The position numbers were made by a program, and so were the translations under genes. 11,465 bases of DNA, taken from assembly GCA_043228905.1 (NCBI GenBank), contig JBHGNT010001157.1:1-11465 (forward strand), given 5' to 3'. The notes under the pieces are model-generated. The model ran no database searches. It had not been told where the DNA came from and worked only from the letters and a program-made list of their open reading frames with translations. The first letter of the stretch is position 1, and each line of letters starts with the position of its first letter. Shown here one piece after another: positions 1-8,433 of this stretch. This stretch comes from Azolla caroliniana. Taxonomy: Eukaryota > Plantae > Polypodiophyta.

Positions 1-382
1 AAGAGAACGAATCTCAACATAATAGTGTGGAAGAAAGGTAGAATTATACAATAGACTAAGCGGCCAAGGCAATACTCGAGGAGAAGCATATGCCGAAGTT
101 CTACTGGGCCGAAGCCATCAAGACGGTTGTATACCTGCAAATCGGACTTCTGCAAATGAGTTGTATTTCGGGAAGAACCCGAACTTGGCACACTTGAGGG
201 TATTTGGTAGCATTGCATATGTGCATGTGCCGAAGGAAAAGCGGAGGAAGTTAGAGGCAAATGCCGAGAAGTGTATCTTGGTCAGTTACTCGAATGAGGA
301 AAAGTGTTATAAATTTTATAACCCCCGAACAAAAGAGGTCAGAGTAAGCCGAGATGTCATTTTCAATGAGTCGGTTTCTTAG
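1..382 (+). pseudogene. Copia integrase core C-terminus and downstream SH3-like region, degenerate
   Basis: Translates to a decayed (P)QQNGVAERKNRT-like segment, then MPKFYWAEAI..VYL and ORF 161-382 (HLRVFGSIAYVHVP..KCILVSY..YKFYNP..VSRDVIFNE). In-frame stops and a frameshift near 140. Confidence 0.9.
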
Positions 383-510
383 TACTTGCCTTCACCTCCA
401 ACCCCCATCCACTCCATTCTGAATTCTGACGATGAGGCCGAGTTGCCCCTAGAGGAGAAGCAATCGGAACTAGAAGTGATGAGGCTTGAAAATCGGGAAG
501 TTGGGAGCAA

Positions 511-1151
511 CGAAATGACACAAGAGCATGAAGATAGAGATGAAGAAGGAGACAAGATGCAATGAAATGAGAATACTAGATTGATGTGTCAATGACTGGT
601 GTTGAATCCCTTGAAAGGGACTAAGGAGGTTACAAGTATTTATACAAGTTCCGAGATTCAATATCTCTAGAATATACTATCTCTAGAATATATCCGTCTA
701 GAATATACTGTACAATATTTCTAGAATATTCTGATTCTAAATGTACTATACGTTATACTAGATAGAATACTAAACCATTATATACAAATGCATACTCATA
801 TCAAAATGACTAGATAGATTGAGTGTCAATGACTGGTGTTGAATCCCTTGAAAGGGACTAAGGAGGTTACAAGTATTTATACAAGTTCCGAGATTGAATA
901 TCTCTAGAATATACTCGAGAAATATCTCTAGAATATACCCATCTAGAATATACTGTACAATATTTCTAGAATATACTACCAACTAGAATATTCTAATTCT
1001 AAATGTACTATACATTATACTAGATAGAATACTAAACCATTATATACAAATGTATGCTCATATCAAAATGGTTGAGCATGACATCTTGTTGATGTGAGGT
1101 TGTAGGTTCAATCCTCACCAACTATGTATTTCATGTCACTGTGTCGTGACA
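511..1151 (-). mobile_element. Non-coding AT-rich insert in the copia pol; probable antisense solo LTR with an internal tandem duplication
   Basis: Separates integrase and RT coding. The minus strand starts TGTCACGAC at 1151, contains TATA-like TGTATAAATA and (T)CTAGAATAT sub-repeats, and has a pyrimidine-rich 3' end finishing ..TGTCATTTCG. Flanks AGCAA (506-510) and AGCAG (1152-1156) may be an imperfect 5-bp TSD. Boundaries are uncertain. Confidence 0.55.
577..1070. repeat. Tandem duplication of ~235-255 bp (577-808 and 815-1070)
   Basis: Both copies run from TAGATTGA(T)GTGTCAATGACTGGTGTTGAATCCC to ..CTCATATCAAAATG. They are near-identical apart from a few SNPs and indels in the CTAGAATAT units. 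Confidence 0.95.
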
Positions 1152-1152
1152 A

Positions 1153-2190
1153 GCAGAAGCGGCGAAAGATGCCAATTGGCGGAAAACCATGGAGGAAGAG
1201 ATGCGAGTATTTTATCGAAAAACAAGACTTCAGACTTGGTTGATGCACCCAAGGGTGTGAAGCCGATCGAATGCAGGTGGGTGACCAAGGTCAAGTACAA
1301 CGTCGATGGCTTGGTCAACCGCTATAAGGCCCGATTGGTGGCCAAGGGCTACGTGTAGAAACAAGACATTGATTACGATGAGACCGCGAAGATGACAACT
1401 TTCTATGTATTGTTGGCTGTAGCAGCGGCAAAGGGGTGGCATTTACATTAGATGGATGTAAAGAACATGTTCCTGCAAGCGATCTTGAGGAACAAGTATA
1501 CATGGTACGCCCCCCAGATTTCTATCTGAACGAAACACCTCGGCAGTTTGCCTGAAGAAGTCATTGTATGGACTTAAGCAAGCCTTGTGTGCCTGGAACG
1601 CGAAGATCGCGCAGCGACTACGTAAGATCGGGTTTGCTTCATCGAAATCGGACTTTTCATTGTTCATTCGGCAAAGTCGGACCGGACCAATTAGCATTCT
1701 GCTATATGTTAATGATTTAGTCATTGACAGTGTCGACCTTGGAGAAATCAGCCGAGTAAAGCCTCAGCTTGCAACTTCATTCGAAATGAAGGATCTGTGG
1801 GATCTTCTTTACTCAATCGGGATCGAAGTGATCCGTAACCTCGAAGGCATACTGATCAGCCAACGCCATTGTGTGCTAAATATTCTCTTCAAGTTTGGGA
1901 TGGTGTATTGCAAATCTGTCTCAACCCCCCTAGACAGAAACGTTAAGCTTCGCCAAAGTTCGGGGACGACATGTGACCCGACACAGTTCCGACAGATTGT
2001 TGGAAGCCTCATTTATTTGATGATCATTTGGCCGGACCTGAGTTATCTGGTCGGCTTGACTAGTCAATTCATGTCATAGCCAAAGGCCGAACACCTTCAG
2101 TGCGTGCAAAGGATATTGCGATATGTCAATGGCACTAAGGATAAGGTGTAGCTATATTAGGCAGGAGTAGTAGAGGTGTTAGTCGACTAC
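1153..2190 (+). pseudogene. Copia reverse transcriptase (RVT_2), degenerate
   Basis: AEAAKDANWRKTMEEEM, DLVDAPKGVKPIECRWV.KVKYN.DG.VNRYKARLVAKGY, KSLYGLKQA..AWN, YVND at 1705-1716, FEMKDL, FRQIVGSLIYL. Frameshifts and stops split it across ORFs. Confidence 0.93.
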
Positions 2191-3031
2191 ACGGATGCCG
2201 ATTAGGCTGGGAATGCTAACAATACAGGTCAACATCTGGATTCACGTTTTCATTGGGAAGCATGCAATTGCTTGGAGCAGTAAAAAGCAGCCGAAAGTGA
2301 CACTATCGAGCACTGAGGCCGAGTATCGAGGGGCGATTGTCGTTACATGTGAAGCCATTTGGTTCAAAAGTCTATTGAAGGATCTGCAAGTGGAGGTGTC
2401 CGAACCGACAATCATATATTGCGGCAACCTCAGCAACATCCAACTTACAAAGAACCTAGTTTTCCACTTCCGGACCAAGCACATTGAGGTGCACTATCAT
2501 TTCGTCCGCAAGCGAGTCCTCTCTGGTGAAGTCGAACTTGTGTATGTTCCGATTGATCGGCAAGTGGCCGACATCTTCACCAAACCTCTTGGCCTAGACA
2601 AGTTGCGGCAATTCTCTTGGAGTAGCAAGAAGTAGCCAACCGTCACACTTTCGAGCACAAAGGCCGAATACAGGGGCGCAATTATAGCTACATGTGAAGC
2701 TATATGGCTCAAGAGGATAATTAAGGAACTGGACGTCTCCATGAACGATCCAATCTTGCTTTACTACGACAATCTCAGCAGTATCCATCTTGCTCGAAAC
2801 CTTGTCTTCCATGCCCGAACAAAGCACATTGAGGTGCACTATCACTTAATCCCAAAACGTGTCCTTGCAAAGGATGTCGACCTTCAGCACATCAACACCA
2901 ATCTTCAAATAGCCAACATCTTTAGGGAAGCTTTGGGGACCGACCAACTTCAGCAATTTTCGATCGAGCTTGGTCTTTCGACATACAACTTGCCGAGCTT
3001 GAGGGGGAGTGATGGTCAACCTGGCAGCTAA
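2191..3031 (+). pseudogene. Copia RNase H, with its C-terminal ~115 codons present twice in tandem (2264-2607 and 2608-2952)
   Basis: TDAD*AG, then AIAWSSKKQPKVTLSSTEAEY..RTKHIEVHYHFVR..ADIFTKPLGLDKLRQF, immediately followed by SWSSKK*PTVTLSSTKAEY..RTKHIEVHYHL..ANIFREALGTDQLQQF..LPSLRGS. Confidence 0.9.
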
Positions 3032-3049
3032 CTTAGTCATGACATGGTT

Positions 3050-3064
3050 GAGCTTGAAGGGGTG
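3050..3064 (+). other. Polypurine tract preceding the 3' LTR
   Basis: GAGCTTGAAGGGGTG directly abuts TGTTGAGA, matching the typical copia TTGAGGGGG-TGTT junction. Confidence 0.7.
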
Positions 3065-3470
3065 TGTTGAGAATCAAACTCAACCTAACCTAATGTGTGA
3101 ACACACCCTTTGAGAATGTATAAGCACTCAAAGGTCAAAGGTCACGACTAACTCTACAACATTAACTATGTGTCATAGAATCATATTCTATGACAAATAA
3201 CTAATGAGTTTCCACATTCCCCATGACACGTGATCTCTAGTGAGAGAATGTAGAGAGAGGGTGACTTTATATAAAGCACCGCTCTCCCTCTTTTGGTTGT
3301 TGGTTATTGGTTGTTTTCTATTGTATTTCTTACTCCTTGTTAATATACATTTGAGTCTTTTTATTTTCCTATCTATCTTGTGTCTCTTCTCTCCTCTTTC
3401 ACACACATAACACACATCTCTAATCTATTCTGCATAACATAATTACTCTAGTTAATTATTTACAAGAACA
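3065..3470 (+). repeat. Putative 3' LTR of the copia element (~406 bp)
   Basis: Starts TGTT right after the PPT, has TATATAAA at 3268-3275 followed by a CT-rich tract, and ends AACA at 3467-3470 (TGTT..AACA termini). The 3' end is less certain because other AACA motifs occur near 3411 and 3439. Confidence 0.65.
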
Positions 3471-3571
3471 TCGACCAAGACAAATGAGGTTCGACTTCAT
3501 AGATCACTTTAAACACTAGGAATTGTTGTCTTGCCTCCGATCTCTTTTGATAGTTTAACTCAAAGTAAAAG

Positions 3572-4055
3572 ATGTTGACCTACGTCACCTTGATAATAGA
3601 CATTGTGTCTTCATTCATAATAGACCCAACATTGTTAGAGTCAACAATAATAGACCTATTGATCACATTTAAGGATGTGTTCAATTGGAGCTATGCTAAA
3701 TTGAAGGGGGTAACCCCCGAACTTATTAGTACTAGTGCATATAATTTGATGGAGGGAGTCAAACTAGAACGCCAATACCCTAGGCCCATGAACCTACATT
3801 ATGCTCAATGGTAAGACAGGATTGGATAAGACCTAAGACGCATGCATAATCTACCCAATAGAATGCACCACATGAGTGTCTCCTATCATGGTCTTCCCTA
3901 AAAACAATGGTAATATTAGGATGCGTGTGGACTTGGACTTCTAAAAGGTGAATGAAGCCATCATTCATGTAGTTGATTATCCAACACTACATCAAGCACC
4001 TCAAACAGGTTTATTTATGTTTTTTCGAGGTATAAGTAGATCAAGGTGGCTCTCA
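3572..4055 (+). mobile_element. Decayed Ty3/gypsy pol fragment (RT N-terminal part)
   Basis: FKDVFNWSYAKLKGVTPEL..RPMNLHYA, then IIYPIECTT*VSPIMVFPKNNGNIRMRVD..F*KVNEA (compare WVSPIVVVPKKNGKIRICVDFRKLN) and FSRYK*IKVA (compare FSGYNQI). Stops, frameshifts and an apparent internal deletion. Confidence 0.8.
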
Positions 4056-4289
4056 ATAGTAAATGTGTAAGACAAGAAGATGGGCTCAATCATGTATGGT
4101 TATTGTTATTTTCCTAGTTCTAGAAAGATATTTTCGTAGTTTTGTGCAACATATATAGTATTATGTGTGAAGCATGAGTGTACGCCTCTCTAAAGACCTA
4201 ATAGATGGAGGAGAGAGTGAGACAACTATTGGAAAAGTTGATTGAAGACATGATAGGAGTACTTGGAGACATGGTGTTCGTGTACTGGC

Positions 4290-4290
<1 letters not shown>

Positions 4291-4324
<34 letters not shown>
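4291..4324. repeat. (TG)17 microsatellite
   Basis: Direct reading of the sequence. Confidence 0.95.
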
Positions 4325-4326
<2 letters not shown>

Positions 4327-4571
4327 CCCACACCTTTATCAAGCCTTCATAGATTTAAGAGAGAGTAAGATAACAATTGGAAAATATGATTGAAGACATG
4401 AAACTACTACTTGCGGATATGGAGTTGTGTGTGTTGTGGGTGCTAATCATATACTGAACTTTTATTGCGTTAATAAATTGGGAGACACTCTATGATAAGG
4501 AACTTGAGACTAATTGTAAATGACGAGGAGATTCCAGCTATATATGTTAAACTCACTTTACTTCAATTACA

Positions 4572-4590
4572 TGTGTGTGTGTGTGTGTGT
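4572..4590. repeat. (TG)9 microsatellite
   Basis: Direct reading of the sequence. Confidence 0.9.
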
Positions 4591-7038
4591 TATTATGTCA
4601 TATCGTATGATGGTGTTATAGGTTCTACTCACGTGTCTTTTTCTTATCAATAAAAGTGACAATGTGAACTTTGTATTATTATTTTGGTAAGATAATGATT
4701 CACACACATGAGCTCCTTTTCCTTAATGATAAAAACAAATCCAGGAAACTCAGAAATCCCAATCACACATGAACGTCTTTATGTTCATTATTATTACAAA
4801 ACACCTTCAAGCAACACTAGGATTGTCAATCACAATTCCACTTTAGATATAATTGTGTGGAAGGTTGATTTATAGAACTGGAAATCATTTGGAAGTTTGT
4901 ATTTGTTTCACATCATTAACATAGATAGATTACAATATAATTTACCCTCTTTTTTATGTAATTGTAAAAACGATCCAAACTAGATATTATAGATGCAATC
5001 CTCGTAATTTGCGATTGTACCAATGATAACATTATAACAAAGGGTGAAAAATCATAACCAAAGAGTGAAAAGAATAACAAGTTATAAATATTGTAGACAA
5101 CTAAAAATATCACATGACCATAATCAAACGAGGTTGATAGAACAAAAGGACGAAATGGTATAGTGTGAAATAGTAATACGTTTTTCCTAGTTTGAAGTTA
5201 CGTTTCAACATAGGTTCTCATAAACAGTGGATGTTCAATCTTAATAATTAATGCATGTTTTAATAATGATGTTATGCAAATGAATGAAGAAAAACATTTT
5301 TCGAAGATTTAGTATACTGCATTTTTTGACATATTTCAAAGAACCAAATTTCATAGCATTTGATAAGAAGGAATGTTCCATAGTGATTAGATTTCTGATA
5401 GGATTATGTTTATCTATAGGATTTCTGATAGGAACCAAACAAACATTCTAATTTCTACATTTGAAATGTGGTTTACATACTCGAATGCATTTGCAAACAT
5501 TCTTTTTCATACGTTTGCAAACGTTATGAAAACATACTTTTGTTTTTTTTTACCTTAACTTTCTTACCTTATAATAAATCATGAATACAAAAGTATGCTA
5601 TTTACCATACTTTGATGGTGTTAACCATACTCTAATGCGAATGCACGTATGGTACGTATGGTTCATACTATTAAACCAAGTGTCAATAATTCACCACTAA
5701 CATTAAATTAAAGCTAGCATTGTTGTCCTTGATAACTCTCCTGAGTCCTAATTCTAAAACTTAATCATGATTTTCTACTCATCAAATCTATAGGTGTATA
5801 GCAAAAGGAACATCAATGATTATATTTCGCACTTTAACATAGGCCCTACCCATGACTCTTCAGTTACATTGGTGAAGTGAGAGGCTTGTCTTCAAGTTTC
5901 GATAGATATGATCGCACATGTTCCATATTGACCGCCTTCAATGCTTGTGTTAAAGATGTTGCTTTTGGTTCTAAAGAAAAGACATCTGAAGTGTTTGTAG
6001 AAATTGCATAACCATTGGACACAAAATGGAAATGAAGAAAGAAATATATCTACGGGGTGATAAAACACACAATATTATGATGTTCTAAAACACAAGCAAT
6101 GAATCAAAAAGTGGCAATACACCCTTTAAGAGTGAGGCTCTAAGTCGAGTTATGATGATTTATTGCTTGTGAACTCATGCAACCATGAAGTGATATCCAT
6201 GCAACCGATCACTCTCAAGACCACATCCACATCAATACATTGTAGAATGTTTTGGTGAAAGCATTAAGGAGCTTTCTTGATTTTTGTGTATATCATACCA
6301 TCAAATAGAAATGTAACATTTGTAATTGATGTTATACCCCATTCTTATAACCTGTCAAATCAAGATTCAAATCAATGCAAATCATTTCATTATCATCAAC
6401 AAGCATGCAAAACAAAACGTCAATTATCATCACGTTTAATAATCATGATCAAATCATGCATATACACATCTCCATTTGATTACAACATATTAGTTTTAAC
6501 AATGTAAATAAAAAATCCCCATTAGATCCTTGAAGAACAACATAAACAAAGATATTAGTCTAACATTATCATTGATAAAATCAAGTTTCATCTATTTCTC
6601 TTTAAAAATAAAAACATTTATGGATTTTGCTAGCAACGATTATTTATGGAAATTATGCAAGAATAATGTAGATTATGTATCAATAACTGCTCTTTTAAAG
6701 AAATTCGTTAGATTATTAATCTCTCTGTAGCGATGACGTTTTCCATTTAATCTTCATTGTGCATCTTTGTTCAACAAACCACATTTACCATGCAATGTTA
6801 CTCCCATCTACAAGGTTTTTCATGCTACATAAATAAACCTTGCCTTAGACGAATATGTAAACAAATTTCTATTGCTACAAGTTTGGCACAAACTAAAGAA
6901 TGAGTAGAACGAGATTGTACATCAAATCAAAACAACAAACTAAGAACCAAATTTGTGAGAAAGTGACCTAGTTAAGGTAAACTCAACACCTAGTGTCTTT
7001 GATGTCTTCCATCTAACGAAAATGAAGTTGTGAAGATT

Positions 7039-7052
7039 TGTGTGTGTGTGTG
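7039..7052. repeat. (TG)7 microsatellite
   Basis: Direct reading of the sequence. Confidence 0.8.
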
Positions 7053-7653
7053 AATGGATAGTGATAACCTAGTTGAAGTTTAGTTGCATACATTTTGTGT
7101 TGCAATTGCATCTTAATCCAATAGTAGGTATTTGTTGACACCATACACCCCAAGGTCATGGGCATCGCTTCACACCTCACATTCTTGTGTGTATCCAAAT
7201 GCACATAAGTACACAAATGACATCCAACGAGTAAAGGAAACAATATTGGCACTTCAGCTTCTCAACCATTAGTTTGGAGTTTGAAACTTTTTGTTTTACG
7301 GTCGGTGCAAATTGACCGAACTATGTGCCAAGGTGTCATTTGAAAAAAAAACCCAATCAATCAATGATCCCATCGACGATCACATGATGTTGTTCAGGGT
7401 AAGACATTGGGTTGTCCCAAAAACTAAGCAATCAAAACCCACATTAAGAGGAAGGAGAAGACAAGAGGAATCTAGCATGTGGGGCTATAAACTAGCATAT
7501 AAAGACACGTACAAGAAAGACATAAAGGGTCAAGTAAAAAAAAGCAAAATCAATCTAGTATGCAGTGTGCACACTTACAAAGCAAGCAAAAAAAAAGCAC
7601 TAAAAGCAATGTAAAAAATAGGAATAAAAATTATCATTATTATTATTATAAAC

Positions 7654-7664
7654 CTATCTATCTA

Positions 7665-7715
<51 letters not shown>
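7654..7715. repeat. Compound (CTAT)3-(TA)24 microsatellite upstream of the NAL1-like gene
   Basis: Direct reading; lies ~160 bp upstream of the predicted ATG. Confidence 0.95.
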
Positions 7716-7717
<2 letters not shown>

Positions 7718-7875
7718 ATATGTATGCCACACCCTTTTGAGCACTCCTTACTTTTGAAACCTCCCGAACCATTACATTCAATGCATGACCACGCATATTC
7801 ATTTTCTACCACCCTAGTCTTCTTGTGCTCTTTACATATAAACAATCCAATGATCATGGAGACCTCCGTGTGATC

Positions 7876-8433
7876 ATGATCATGCCGCACCGATTGTCTG
7901 CTCCGATGCCATTGTACGATTCGGATGTCCCTGTCAACAATATCACTACACCATGCTACCTTCAGTTGTCGGATACTCCAACCAATAGTTTCGGCGCACC
8001 TCCGCATGAAGTATCCAACACAAGGTATTTCCAGTGGCCGCTTGCATTGCCGGCCCTATGTGTCCGCGGAACTGCAGACGACAGGGCCGCCTACTTTAGC
8101 GGTTTGCGGGCACAATTCCATGCCCACCTTAGCTCCCACATGCCTCAAGACCACAATGTCCTTGACTTCATACCCAATCTTGATCACCATAACTCTACTC
8201 ATAACGCACCTGAAGGATTGCAACAGTACAGACATGCATGCACCCTAATTGAGCTAATGACCATACGAGCATTCCATAGTAAGCTACTCCGGCGATTTAG
8301 CCTCGGCACGGCGATCGGCTTCCGGAGCCGCAATGGAGAGCTCACCGATCTCCCTGCCATTCTTGTATTCGTTGCCCACAAAGTCCATAAAGAATGGCTC
8401 CAACAATGTGAGGTGCTTCCGACCGTGCTTGAG
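7876..8433 (+). CDS. NAL1: NAL1-like exon 1
   Basis: First in-frame ATG at 7876; ends ..LPTVLE with donor GAG|GTGTGT. Confidence 0.85.

Larger units (their letters stand above)
1..3470 (+). mobile_element. Degenerate Ty1/copia LTR retrotransposon, 3' part (integrase, RT, RNase H, PPT, 3' LTR); 5' end lies outside the window
   Basis: Domain order INT-RT-RH is copia-type. Motifs: ..HNSVEER*N..MPKFYWAEAIKTVVYL, HLRVFGSIAYVHVPKEKR, VSRDVIFNE, NRYKARLVAKGY, YGLKQA, LLYVND (degenerate YVDD), DAD*AG, SSTEAEY, RTKHIEVHYHF, QVADIFTKPL. Many stops and frameshifts. Confidence 0.95.

Noticed and set aside
470-982. Two similar minus-strand ORFs (NLGTCINTCNLLSPFQGIQHQSLT) that look like paralogous small peptides
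   Set aside because: They are a by-product of the tandem duplication in the LTR-like insert; no coding evidence.
661-1000. Recurrent CTAGAATAT units resembling a CRISPR-like array
   Set aside because: Units are too short and irregularly spaced, there are no unique spacers or cas genes, and the context is eukaryotic TE sequence.
1136-3040. Multiple minus-strand ORFs over the copia pol
   Set aside because: Antisense shadows of the + strand pol.
5391-5433. 13-bp direct repeat ATTTCTGATAGGA
   Set aside because: A small local duplication with no further structure.
7291-7757. Lys-rich 107-aa ORF and the IYIYIY ORF
   Set aside because: Derived from A-runs and the TA microsatellite; no recognisable domain.
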